Source of the DNA: Azolla caroliniana
Taxonomy: Eukaryota > Plantae > Polypodiophyta
Reading direction: 5' to 3'
Length of the DNA stretch: 64,000 bases
NCBI GenBank assembly: GCA_043228905.1
Contig: JBHGNT010000018.1
Span: forward strand, 12,958,001-13,022,000
In this document: piece by piece, positions 1 to 12,143 of the stretch
Position numbering within the stretch: position 1 is the first letter of the stretch
Layout: the number at the start of each line of letters is the position of its first letter
The notes under the pieces: generated by a model
Told to the model about the DNA's origin: nothing
Seen by the model: only the letters and a program-made list of their open reading frames with translations
Databases searched by the model: none
Made by a program: the position numbers and the translations under genes

Positions 1-116
1 TTATATGTGAATTTTTCTTGTGTTGTACGTGTTTCCCTAAATCCTTCTAGTCTAGAACCCTGGCGGTTCCGCCTTGCGATCCGCACATAGTGACGGATTT
101 TCATGACATAATCAAG

Positions 117-133
117 TGGTGAACCCGACGTGA
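117..133 (+). promoter_or_regulatory. Primer-binding site, tRNA-Trp
   Basis: TGGTGAACCCGACGTGA is the reverse complement of the plant tRNA-Trp 3' end (TCACGTCGGGTTCACCA). Same PBS at 51172-51188; decayed on the minus strand at 12873-12889. Confidence 0.85.
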
Positions 134-165
134 AAGAGGCGGTAGGGAGGATATCAAGTGCAACG

Positions 166-2353
166 ATGGCTTCCACAAGAGGAACTCAAGGAGAGGAATT
201 AACAAAAGGCATGGTGTTTTGTAGTGGAATACATGCTGAAGGTGAGAGATCGAGAAGCTTTAATTGATAAAGCTGTTGATTGTACGGTCGAGATAGCTGG
301 ACGATTTGGTGGCAAGAACATCACGGATTTTCTTGCTACCTATCGGAACTAGATGCAACAAAGGGATGTCAATGATCTCAAACAAATTTCTAGCTTCAAA
401 CGTGTGGTGGAACCAAGGATCCACAAGCGCGTCATGGAGATCCAAAACGAGCAAGCAACTTGGACGGAGTTCGAAAAGGCGCTTCTCACTGAATACATGC
501 TTGAAGATGCATCATGGATGACTCGACATACGCTAATGTCTTGGATCGAGAAGCAAGGGAAGAATATGTGTGTGTCTGGAGTATATGCCGAGTTCGACCA
601 GAAGTATAACCAACCTCCAAGTGTTGATCAACGAGTTCTCGATGGATATAAAGTCTTACTATTCCTAAAGGCAGTGGATGCAAAAGATCGACGTGAATTG
701 GGTAACTTTTTGGAGGATGAAACACAACCAAATGGCTTGGTAGCGGACTGGGCGGCGATGAAGAAGGCTTGTAGCCGTCTTGATAAGCGTCGACAATGGC
801 AAGAGGAAACTGATATGGAGAATCCACAATCGTGGAGGAGGAAGGCACCTGTGACGATCGAGTCTAATAAGTCGATCAACAATTTCGACAAGAAAGAAAT
901 GGAGGAATCTATAATTGAAGAGCTCTCCAAGAAGTTTGAAGTGGTATCGCTAGCCAACTTAGGTCGACGCGGGCCGAAGGGAAAAGAAGTGTATAGATGT
1001 GTGTGGTGTGACAGCCTCGAGCACTCGCGAAGAGAGTGCACTGACTTGCAAGACGCAATTCACAAGAATGTCGTCTATTTGGACAACAACATGATCCACT
1101 CGAGCGAGACCCGAAAGTCACTACGAGTGAACTTCGGAAGAGGTGGGCTGAAAAAGATCGTGGAAGAGGAAGATGCAAGGCATGTGGAAGCCATGGACTA
1201 TGCCGCATCGGCGGGAATACGAATCGGAAGAGAGAATCTAAAGACAATCAAGCTGGGAGCTGGGTTTTGGCCAATGGTAATCGAGTGCGAAAAGAAAGGA
1301 AAAATAGATTTGGAGGATCTAAAACATGTTGATCAGAATGTGCGACGAGTTACCGGATGGTCGGATCTAGTCGACGATAACACAAGCTTTGCGGAGGTTG
1401 TGTGTGACAACTATGAAGCTCTTGTTCAAGAGAAGAGGAAAAGAACCGGTGAAGAAGATGGCAGATCAAAGCGTCACCATACTAGGAATGCAGGGAAAGA
1501 AGAACAAGCCCAACCGACGCCATGAAAAGAGATAGGAGAAACAAGCATGAAGCCCGGTGGATCGAGCCAACCTTGTCAAAGGGAAGTCGATGAATTTGTG
1601 AAGAAAGGAAAAGAACGAGCGGCACCGACTTACAAGCTAAGGTCGGATATAGAACAAACAACCGACTTGCGGAAGGTTCTTGAGGAGAAGATTTTAGACA
1701 GTCATGTCGACCTTACTTTGAGAGAGCTACTTGGGATCGCTAAGAAGGAGTACCACGATACTATCGTCAACTTGATTGAGCGGAAGCGGCAACAATCGGA
1801 TGAAGAAGAGGTGAAAACAAGTGCCATAACCATGGCAAGATTAGAAGAGGAGGAGGAAGAAGAAGTGATGGCGGACAACCATTACTCTCGGCCTCATTGG
1901 GCAAGAGCGACAACGGGGACACCGGTGAAGATCGGAGAGAAGAAAGAGACCGTGGTAGCCTTGATTGACCATGGTTCGGAGATAAACCTCATGTCGAACG
2001 AATTCTACAAGAAAGGAAGATGGCCGATCAACACAAACCACAGATGGAAGATACGAGCGGCAACGAAGGCCACGGAAGACCTATACAGAGCTTGTCCCAA
2101 TGTGAAAGTCACGATCAGAGATGCGAAAGTCACGATCGGACACTTCTTCGTGCAAGACTCGACTTCACATCCCGTCATCCTTGGACAACCATATATCACA
2201 TCATCCCGGATGGAGACTACGGTGTTCGATAATGGAGTGGCCTTCGCGCGAGTCAAGAGCCTTGACAATCAAAGATCTGTTCAATTCCTTATGGTGCGGG
2301 CTAATCACGAAAGGAACCGAGATAGCCTTGGAGGTGAATCCTCGGATTTTTAG
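166..2353 (+). pseudogene. gag-protease ORF of copy A (frameshift and stops)
   Basis: ORFs 353..1525 and 1547..2353 are in the same frame, split by TGA; zinc knuckle and aspartic protease motif. Confidence 0.85.
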
Positions 2354-3805
2354 AGTGGATTATGGAAGTGAGGGGCACAAATAGTCCGAGCAATCATAAG
2401 TCCCCACAAGGAAGCAAAATAAGTGGATCGCAAGGAGAAGCAACATGTGTGACACCTAGTGGCGCATGTAAACTAACACTACTCAACAAGAAGGACAAGC
2501 GTTGGATACAAGACTTCGAGAAGATGCTGAAAGAAGAAAGCATAATCGAAGAAGAAGAATTCGTGTCTCATATTCTAGAGGAAGCCTCATTTAATGACAC
2601 CATCGGCAAAATCGAGGAAGTCGTGGACTTGAGCTACCCTCACGATCAAAATATGATTTCGGTTAACTCCGTCAACATGTACGCTATCATCGATGAATAT
2701 CAACAAAGGCATCTTGATGCAGGAAGTTGAAGTCGACACAAAATATAAAATGGTGGATAAGAAGATCAAGCCAGTTGTGGTTCCACTACCGGAAGATAGC
2801 TGGCAAAAGATGAAGGAAGTTGCTAATGATTCGAGCTTAAGGGATCCAAAGGCAATAGCTCATGTCTTCACCAAAGAGACGAAAGGAAAGCTACAAGTTG
2901 GAAGGGAAGATTTCCTTCTCCCTGAAGAGGAGAGAATGTTCCGCGGAATGCTTGAGAGACATGGGAAAGCCTTTGTCTTCTCTCCACAAGAGATCGGATG
3001 TGCCGACCCGAAGATGATAGAGTTGATGGTGATTTTTACGGTGCCGCATGTACCTTGGAACCTCAAGCCAATACCGGTTCCAAGAGCTCACATTCCAAAG
3101 TTGATTGAGCTTCTAAAGGAAAATGTTAGGATGGGAATACTTGAGCCATCCAATGCTCCCTACTCCAATAGATGGTTTACAGTGCCGAAGCAGAACGAGT
3201 CCTTACGCTTTATTCAAGATCTCCAACCCGTCAACAAGGTGACAATCTGAAATGCCGGAATTGGTCCAAGTGTGGATGAATTTGCCGAAGCCTTAGCGGG
3301 AAGATCGATCTATTCCATTGGTGATCTCTACTTGGGCTATGATCAATTTCAATTGGTCGTCAATAGTAGAGACATAATGACAATGAGGACGCCGATCGGG
3401 TTGGTAAGGATGTGCACCTTACCCCAAGGTGCAACAAATTCCGTAGCCCACATGGTGAATGCCATGTAGAAAGTGTTGAGGGATTGTATCCTTGATATCA
3501 GAATGCCCTTCTTAGATGATATTCCAATCAAAGGATGCTTGGTGGAAGAAAAAGATGAATCGAAAGATGAAGATGGTTGCCAAAGATTCGTCATCGATCA
3601 TATAAAGGATAACGAGAAGGTGCTGCAAAAGCTTGAGGATGCAAATCTCACGTTTTTGGGAGAGAAGTCTGCATTCGGTCAACTAGAAATATTGGTAGTA
3701 GGACACTTATGTGGGTCTTATGGCTGGAAGCCATCTCCATCCAAGGTGAACGCTATTCAAAAGATGAAAGAAGAATGTGTGTCTCAAACAGAGGTGCCAA
3801 GATTC
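2344..3805 (+). pseudogene. pol (RT) of copy A, starting in the -1 frame
   Basis: ORFs 2362..2730, 2693..3250, 3272..3469, 3473..; RT motifs YSNRWFTVPK, GYDQFQL, FLDD. Confidence 0.85.
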
Positions 3806-6507
3806 TATTGGGAGACAGGTCCCTCCGGATGGGAAGGGAGAAGAACAGTGTTGATGAGCAAACCGGATGACGAGTACCTGGCTACGGAGAGCCGGATGGT
3901 GTAGACCCGGTGAGAACCAGATGAGGAGTACCCGGCTACGGAGAGCCGGATGGTGCAGACCCGGTGAGAACCGGATGAGGAGTACCCGGCTACGGAGAGC
4001 CAGATGGTGCAGACCTGGTGAGAACCGGATGAGGAGTACCCGGATACAGAGAGCCGAATGGTGCAGACCCGGTGAGAACCGGATGAGGAGTACCCGGCTA
4101 CGGAGAGCCGGATGGTGCAGACCCGGTGAGAACCGGATGAAGAGTACCCGGCTACGGAGAGCCGGATGGTGCAGACCCGGTGAGAACCGGATGAGGAGTA
4201 CCCGGCTATGGAGAGCCGGATGGTGCAGACCCGGTGAGAACCGGATGAGGAGTACCCGGCTACGGAGAGCCGGATGGTGCAGACCCGGTGAGGAGTGCTC
4301 ACTGGATAAAGAGACATATTCGTAAATATGTTTCTGAGAGTCCATCATGGCTATATTTGTAAATAGCCGAAAATTCATATTAGTATAAATATGACTTAGG
4401 GAAAACTTTTAGAGATGTAGTTGTTGTCATTCTTGTTGGTGCAAGAGATCAGAGCGCGTAACTGTGTATAGAGAGAGAGAAAGAGAGGAAGAGGTCGTTG
4501 CCTCTGTTGTAACCGCCGCCTGTGGCGAAGATAGAAAGCTCGAGGTTGTTGCCTCGGTGCTTTATTGTTGTACACTGTAACATAGTGATAGTTTGCAGCC
4601 TGTGGGCTGCTGTGGTTTTTCCCTAGTTTGGGTTTTCCACGTAAACATCCTGTGTACTCTTCTCTTCACTGTGTCGTGCATTCATTCCTGTTTTTTTGTG
4701 TATGATTCTAAGCTCGGTTGTGGCCGAGTGCTGCGCATAGGGGACGTTTAGTTCTTGTCAAGTGGTATCAGAGCAAGGCAACACAGAAAATGGATGACTC
4801 GTTGGGAGGCATGTTCAAGCTCACCAGCTCCAACTATTCGGTATGGAAGTCGAAGATGAGGGACATGCTCGTGGTTAAAGATCTTTGGTTGCCGGTTCAG
4901 TTTAAGGACAAGAGACCGGACAAAATTAACGCCACGATATGGGAGGTGATGCACATGAAGACAATGGCTTACAGACGGTGCTTCATCGATATGAGCCTAT
5001 ACAACAACTTCAATGAAGAGAGCAAGGCTCATGAGCTCTGGGAGAAGATCGACATTATGTTTCAGAACAAAAATGCTGTTAACTAGGTTTCGGTATTCCG
5101 GAAGCTAGTAAGACTCCGGTACCAAGATGGCTCTAGCATGGCGGAGCACATGAATGCCTTCCAGGGGCTGATCCACTAGGCAACATCATTGGAAGTACCT
5201 CTCGCCGATGAGGTACTAGTGCTACTCCTACTCGGTTCCCTCCCGGATAGTTGGGAGACGTTGGTTGTCACTTTGGGCAATGCTGGGCCGGAAGGAAAAC
5301 GGTTATCCCTAGCAAGAGTGAAGTCGAGCTTGCTAGATGAGGAGGCAAGTTGGAAAGATAAGGATACGAGCTCCGACTCCAAAGCGCTCCTTACCGAATC
5401 GGAACGCGAAAGACATATAAACCGTAGTCCCCAGAACCGGGAGAAGTTGGGGACACAGTCAAAGTCAAGGGGGAGGCCTGCTTGCTTCTATTGCGGCAAG
5501 CTAGGACAATTCCAAAAGAACTGTCGGCATTTCCGAAAAGACAAGGAAACCGACGGTACCGATTTGAAGCGGACCCCGGACCGGAACGGTAAAGATCGGA
5601 GGGGGCCGGACCGGAAGGGAATGACGGCAATCGCCGCAAGTGAAGAAGAGTTGATGCTCATCACCGAGGAGAGTGAGATAAACCTTGCCGGCGACGAGAT
5701 GACCTGGGTGGTAGACTCTAGAGCGTCGTTCCACCTTACCCCGGACCGGAAGTGCTTCTCATCCTACTCAGCCGGTGATCACGGCTATGTCTGGATGGGG
5801 AATGAAGGTACATGCCGAATTGTCGGCATAGGAGACGTGTGGCTGACAACACCAACCGGATGCAAGTTGTTGCTGAAGGATGTCCGACACGTTCCGGAGG
5901 TTCGTCTGAACCTGATATCAGCCAGTCAGCTACATGATGAAGGCTACATGGGTACCATCCGGAACGGTGTTATGAAGTTCAGCAAAGGGAGCCTGATTGT
6001 GGCTCGGGCCCGGAAGGTAAACACGTTGTACCTGATGAATGCATGGTTATGTCCGAAGGAAGTGAACGTGGCATCCGACAGTGCCGGTGAGCTGTGGCAC
6101 AAAAGGTTGTGTCACATGAGCGAGAAGGGGATGAAGAGGCTTGTAGACAACAACCTCATTCCAGTGAAGAACGTGCACTTGGAGAAGTGCATTGATTGTC
6201 TGGCCGGCAAGCAAAACCGGACCTCCTTCCGACCAAGGCCACCGATGAGACGTAATGCTCCACTGGAGTTGGTGCATACTGATGTATGTCAAGTGGCTAC
6301 AAAGTCACATGCCGGATCTCAGTACTTCGTGACGTCATAGATGACCACAACCGGAAGCTGTGGGCCACACCGTTGAAGACGAAGGATCAGGTGCTATCTG
6401 TCTTCAAAGAGCTCCACGCGAGAGTGGAAAGAGAAACCAGACGGAAGCTGAAGGCGGTTTGAGCAGATAACGGAGGTGAATACTGGGGGTAGTTCGAGGA
6501 GTACTGT
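3806..6507 (+). mobile_element. Ty1/copia element, family A (Tork/Tnt1-like), 5' half
   Basis: LTR 3806-4760; PBS TGGTATCAGAGC (tRNA-iMet) 4763-4774; gag from 4790; CFYCGKLGQFQKNC; protease WVVDSRASFH; LWHKRLCHMSEKG; integrase HTDVC. Ends abruptly within integrase. Confidence 0.92.
3861..4292 (+). repeat. 54-bp tandem repeat, about 8 copies, in U3 of the copia A LTR
   Basis: Unit AACCGGATGAGGAGTACCCGGCTACGGAGAGCCGGATGGTGCAGACCCGGTGAG; visible as 18-aa periodicity in the overlapping ORFs. Confidence 0.95.
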
Positions 6508-6620
6508 TGCATTTGTGCTATTTGTTGTGGCTGAAATGGGAGGTCATTAGAATCCTTCGCCCAATTTGCGGCATGGTACTCCATCCGAGATGAAGCATCA
6601 GCAACCGTGTTGGATGCTCC

Positions 6621-7826
6621 TCACCGATAAATCATTGTAAAATTGTATTCTTGCAAAGAGACCGCCCATCGTAGTAGTCTTCCCGGTGGGTGAGTTTTTT
6701 GGATGAGTGATACCAATGGCTGGTGATCCGTTTCTACTTGGACGGATGTTCCATGCAGGTAAGGGTGGAACTTCTGGAATGCCCAAACAATTGCCAAGAA
6801 CTCTTTTTCTGTCGTAGAGTAGTTTTGCTCTAATTTCGTCAATGCTCTACTGATGTATGCTATCGGCCGCCAGTCGTCGTTTTCATCTTGTTGCAGGAGC
6901 ACAACCCCTATTCCATAATTGGAAGCATCTGTTTGAAGGCGGAAGACTTTGCTAAAGTCTGGGAATGCCAAGGTTCCCACATCCTTGATTAATCCTTTGA
7001 GTTTCTCAAAACTTTGCGTACAATCTACTGACCATTGATATTTTGATCGTTTTTTCAATAGTAATCTTAAGGAAGTTCTGACCATGGCTAGGTTAGGAAT
7101 AAACCGTAGTGAAAAGTTCACAAGGCAAGGGAAGCTTTGTAGGGACTTGATGTTGCTTGGCGTTGGGTAATCAACAATGGCTCGAATCTTAGTAGGGTCA
7201 AGTTGGATGCCTTTTGAGGATATCATGAATCCTAAAAATCGTAATTCCGTTGCTCCCCATTTGCACTTCTTAAATTGTAGTTGTAGGTTATATTTTTGGA
7301 TGCGTAGGAGGACTTCTTGTAGAACTTGAATATGTTGTGACCAGTTAGCAATGTGTATCAGTATATCGTCGAGATAGACCAGTATGACTCCTTTATGGAT
7401 TAGGTCTTGAAAAATGGTGTTCGCCATTCTTTGGAATGTGCTGCCTGCATTTGATAATCCGAAGGGCATTCTCTTAAATTGGTATAAGTTATGCTATGTT
7501 CTAAAAGTTGTCTTGTGTTTATCTTCAGGTCGTAAGGGTATTTGCCAATACCCTGAAGCCAGATTTAAGGATGTAAAGTATCTTGACTTACCGAGTTGGT
7601 CGATTAAATCGTCGATGCGCAGTAATGGATACCTGCCATGCTTTGTAATTTTATTTAGTAATCTGAAATCAATGCAAAATCTGAATGTATTGTCATCTTT
7701 TCTGACCAAATGAGGGTCTGATACCCATTCACTACTAGATGGCTCAATAATATCCTTTTGGAGCATTTCTTGGACTAAAGTGTTTATCCGTTGATGATCA
7801 AGTGGTGACTGCCTTCTAGCTGCCAT
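6621..7826 (-). pseudogene. RT-RNase H of G3
   Basis: ORFs 7494..7826 and 6621..7469 with canonical gypsy RT and RH motifs. Confidence 0.92.
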
Positions 7827-9434
7827 TCACACTGGAGGAGAGTCTGTTGTGGGTATGGCATGCTGCACTTGTAAAGTTACTTGAGTTGCCTTTTCTGTCT
7901 TCATAAAGATTTTCGGGAACTTCCCGAGTAGGTGGCGGAGATCCGCCAAACGTGATTGTACTGGTTCTGTTTGGATTTGAGTATGCATGATCTGTGTGCT
8001 AGTATGAGGTGTGTTAAGAAGGGGAATTGTGGTGCAAGGCCTAAGATGCGGAAGAACTAATGTCTGTGTGTCAAAATGCAATGGGGCCCCATGCTTAACA
8101 AACCAATCACATCCTAATGTTAAAGGAAAGAGTTGTTTTGGTAGGACATAGAATGAATGGATGAAAGTATGTTGTGCTAGTGTGAAAGTGCAATGTGCGT
8201 GTGTGAATGATTTATAGAGTTTTTGCTTGTTGCCAAAAATTACATGGATTAGTGGTGCAGATGATGTTGGTAAGTGCAACTGATTAACTATATCTAAACT
8301 AATTGAAGAGATTGTGCTACCTGAATCTAGTAAAGCTTTATGTGATGTATTCTAAATACATGCTATTGTGGAGCAGACTATTCGGTTGAAACATGTAGCG
8401 GCTTGGAAGTGGGGGAGTTGCTCTTCCTTCAACGTCCCACATTGATGTTTTCCTGTATGTCGGCTATAGATGTGGAATCGGCCAACTGGATTTGTGTGTT
8501 TTGATGGTGTCTAGATGCGGCGAATTTCCTGCAATATTCCTTAACATGACCATAATTATTGCAGTAAAAACAACGGGGGCATCCTTGAGTGTCTCGACTT
8601 GGGAGTTTCTTCTTAGCATTAATTTGTGCATTTTGGATGTCAATATCCATCGGGCATGTTGTGGATTTGACTTGATGCTTCTGATTGTTTTGTTGTGGCA
8701 TTGCAGGTGCTTGCGGCAATTCCATATAATCAAGTGCTTCGATACGTTGGGCGATTTGTATGGCCATTTGGAAGGTTGTCGGCCCTTGATCTTTTACTCT
8801 CCTATAGATGTCATGTCTCAGCCTAGGCAACAAGAAATATAGCTTCATAGTCTCTTTCATGTTTGGATCGACTCAAAGTAACAGTTGTTTTAATCTTACT
8901 GCAAACTGTGCTATTGATTCTTGTGTTTGTTGACGCATGTTACCTAATTGTTGTAGGGTTGTTTGTGTTATATCGTTATTGGTGAAGTGTTGTACCCGTT
9001 GTTCGTGCAGGTATGACCAATCTTGTTTTACTTCTTCTGGTTGTTGAATAAACCAGGTTGCTGCAACATTTTCCAATATCGTGCGCAGTTCTAGGGCTTT
9101 TCTGTCATCACTCCATTGATGATAGCCAATGACATTATCAAAGTGATCTAGCCAAGCCAATACGTCTTCTGTTGGCAGCCGAAAAATGATTGTGGTCTAA
9201 TTCGGGAGTCCTTCTATTTCTCTGTGTTGTTTCCTGTTTGTTTTGATTGATTAGTTAACCAATTCATTATTGTTTGATTTGTGTGGTTTACCTGCATCAT
9301 CATTGCTGACATAGCTTGAAGCATTTGCTCGGTTGCATTGCTTGGAGAGCTCTGTTCCATGAACTCTGGTTGCATAGTCATTGTGTTGTTGAAATCTGAT
9401 GTCTGCATCTTTCTTTTAGGTCGGCTACCTTCGG

Positions 9435-11530
9435 CTACTCCTCTTGAGCGACTCTTTTCTGGCTTTCTCCAGTTTCAGTTGCATTCGGCGTCTGCTCCGA
9501 CGATTTCTCCTCGTCACTAATGTTAATTTTCTCCGTTCTTCTAGGCTCCATTTGTTGTCTCCACTCTCGTTCGTAACGGTCGAACTGGAGTTGGGTATCT
9601 AGTTGGTTGTCATCCAACTATTCCACCAACCGGCCCACCGCCACCCGTTACTCTCTGGACAAGTACGGGAATTCATCCGATAACTCCTCCCGTATGGTCA
9701 CAACGCTTTCCGTGTCAAGTTTGTAGAAGTTATCGCCGTCCTTTTGCCGGTTCTCCGCATCCGCTCGCAACACCTACAATTTGGCTGCTTGCTTTGCCCA
9801 TTTGGACCACCACTATACTGCACTTTCTTCAACTAACTTCTTCGTCCGATCCCTCCATGTCAGTACAATATCTCGAATATGGTCAAGTCCCATCTTTGAC
9901 TTCTTCTCTATGGCTTGCTTTTCATCATTTAATTGTTTTATGAGGATCGCGGTTGCCTTAGCTTGTCCCTTATATTGCATCAGTTGCGTCAGATAAGTCA
10001 TTTGAACTCTGTTCAGAGCCATCTTTGCTCGTTCCATCTCCTCATGATGTTGCCGGGTAAGCTCCAGCTTGTCTTTCACCACTTCTACCAGCATCTTTGC
10101 TGCTTCAACTCCCTTGGTCCTTTCCTCCGCCAATGCCACCGTCGTCCTGTGGACTTCATCCCGGAGTTCCTGCATCTTTTCTTGCTGCCGGTCACCTTCT
10201 GCCATCAATTTCTTAGGTTCTGCCTCTAGGTGCTTGTCATCCCGGTGTGACCTGTCAAAGTCCTTTGTTTTCTGTTTCAGCCTCTAGTTGATTTGGCATC
10301 GGGCCCGGTCCTCCCGATCCTTCTATTGCCGGAGTTCTTCTTGGAGCCGATCAATCTCAACTTCCGCCGAACGATGGAGTTTCTCCCTTTCTTGCAACAA
10401 CTTGTCTTTTTCTTCTTTTAATTAGTCATATGCTTGATGACCTTTCTGTAAATTTTCTTCGGCTCTTCGGAGGTGCTCCACCGTTTTCTGTTGTTCTTCC
10501 TCCGCCACCTTCTTCAGGTCTCTTTCTCTAGCCCTTAAGGACTCTTGGGCTACCAATTCCTCTTTGAGAGTGACGAGTTCTTGTTCTTGTGCCTTCTTTG
10601 CACCTGGTGCTATTTTAGTTATTGAGACCTAATCGGTCAGTTCGTTCCTTGAAGTCACCAGTTTTGGTAGTCATGGTCCTTTTGTGACCTGCTTTGCCGC
10701 CTTTGCTTTGGCCTACAAAATTTCTTCTTCCATGCTCTGGATCCTCGATCGGGACTTCTCAAGTTCTTCATTTGTGGCGAACAACCGGTTCCCCTATGCT
10801 CTCTCCTCCATTTCTCCCCGGCCACCTGCTCGTTGATCCACCGTAGCCATTGACTGTCGGTGCCTTTATGTCGTGCCGGTTCTGGTTGTGGTGTGGCCTC
10901 TATTCTCGCCGGAAGCCCTTTAGGAATTGTTGACTGCAGCGACAACTCCTGCTCTTGCTGTGTATGCGGCCCCAGTGAGATAGGCAATTCAATCACCGGT
11001 TGGTGGACCACCGACACTGCTGCTTCTTGCCATATAGGTAACTCTTCCATCGATTCTAGTTGAACTGGTTCCGCCTCCTTGGCTCTGGTCCCTCAAAGCG
11101 GGGTGTCGGTGTGCTATCCTTCACTGGACCCGATTCGTCCCTCTTCTGCTCCGCATCGCTATGCTTCTGGCGACGTAGGAGGTTATCGGCGGGGTCTTCC
11201 TCCGCCTCCTCCTCCTGGGTCCTTACATTGATTTTTATTGCCAAGGGGTCTGATTCTTGTTCCTATTGGTGCAACTTGATTTTCAAAGGCCTAACTAGTG
11301 GTTCCACCGATGTTTCCCCTCTGCTTGCCTCTTCCGGCTAGGTTGTTCTTTCCCTTGTTGCGAGGAACTGCCCTCTGCCAGGAGTTGCTGCCGTTTTGAA
11401 GGTTTGTTGTGTGTGGTCTCCGTTACTCGAACCTGCTTCTTCGTCCTTACCGGCTCCACCGGTGGCGCCAACAGAGTCAGCCACTGAGCCACCGCCGTCC
11501 ATAGTTTCTTGCCGTTCTGCACCGATTCTA
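9435..11530 (-). pseudogene. Broken extra ORF upstream of gag, E/K/Q-rich, probable coiled coil
   Basis: Consecutive minus-strand ORFs 11295.., 11056.., 10655.., 9813..10208 (heptad-like QQEKMQELRDEVHRTTVALAEERTK) and 9435..9617, lying between LTR and gag. Confidence 0.6.
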
Positions 11531-11723
11531 TCGCCGACTGAGTTACAAACCGGTGCCAACCGGCAACTGGCAATGATCCAGTCCGGATCCGAATCGGCAT
11601 ACCGATTCTGGGTCCGTCCGTCCGTCCGCTTCTCAAAATAATGTAATACTTATTAATTCTCATAATATTTCCTAATACTTATTAATTACAACTCCCTATT
11701 CCTAATTAAATACCCCTTTTACA

Positions 11724-12143
11724 TTCTGGACTCTAAGAGGCCCTTTTTGCCTTGCGGCCAACACTCACCGGATCCCATCCGGAGGGATTGATTTCCTGTT
11801 GAGTGACAAGTTCAACATTGCGTGCGTAACACGGTGCGTAACCTAGTGCGTAGACTGGGCGCGTAAAACAACACGCATAACGTGGCCGTATCGGTGCGTA
11901 AACCGAAAGGCCGTTAGAGTGTTATTCCTTGTAAGGAATAATTTTGGGAGTTTGTGTAGTCGGCTCATTTATGAGCAGTCAAATACTATCAGTACTTGTG
12001 TCAGCCCGATAGTCTCGTTTTCTATCTTTCCCTCTCCATCTCTGCGTTTTCTGTGTTTTACCGAACTATCATACTTCCAAACTGTGTACTCTGTGCTTTC
12101 GGCATACGCTTCTACACACGCTATTCTTTTACATTTCCCAACA
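11724..12143 (-). mobile_element. Start of a copia A-like LTR, split by a solo LTR
   Basis: On the minus strand TGTTGGGAAA (from 12143) rejoins ...TCCCTCCGGATGGGATCCGG once 11797-12133 is removed; matches the LTR starts at 28644 and 33301. Confidence 0.7.
11797..12133 (+). mobile_element. Solo LTR, copia family B
   Basis: TGTTGAG...TTTTACA termini; TSD TTTCC at 11792-11796 and 12134-12138; similar to the LTR at 59258-59673. Confidence 0.85.

Larger units (their letters stand above)
1..3805 (+). mobile_element. Ty3/gypsy non-chromovirus (Phygy-like) LTR retrotransposon, copy A, degenerate, cut at 3805 by a copia insertion
   Basis: LTR end ...TCATGACA at 108; tRNA-Trp PBS 117-133; gag with CxxCxxxxHxxxxC (CVWCDSLEHSRREC); protease ALIDHGSEINLM; RT with PQGATNSVAH and PFLDDI. 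Colinear with the complete copy at 50463-57547. Confidence 0.9.
6508..11723 (-). mobile_element. Ty3/gypsy element, family G3, with extra 5' ORF; degenerate, integrase missing
   Basis: LTR start TGTAAAA at 11723; gag 8429-9408 with CFYCNNYGHVKEYC; protease ALLDSGS near 8320-8340; RT (ASGYWQ, MPFGLSNA, YLDD); RNase H (QTDASNYGIG, TDHQPL). Confidence 0.88.

Noticed and set aside
3707-4378. Repetitive ORFs of 152-223 aa on both strands
   Set aside because: By-product of a 54-bp (multiple of 3) tandem repeat inside an LTR; no domain evidence.
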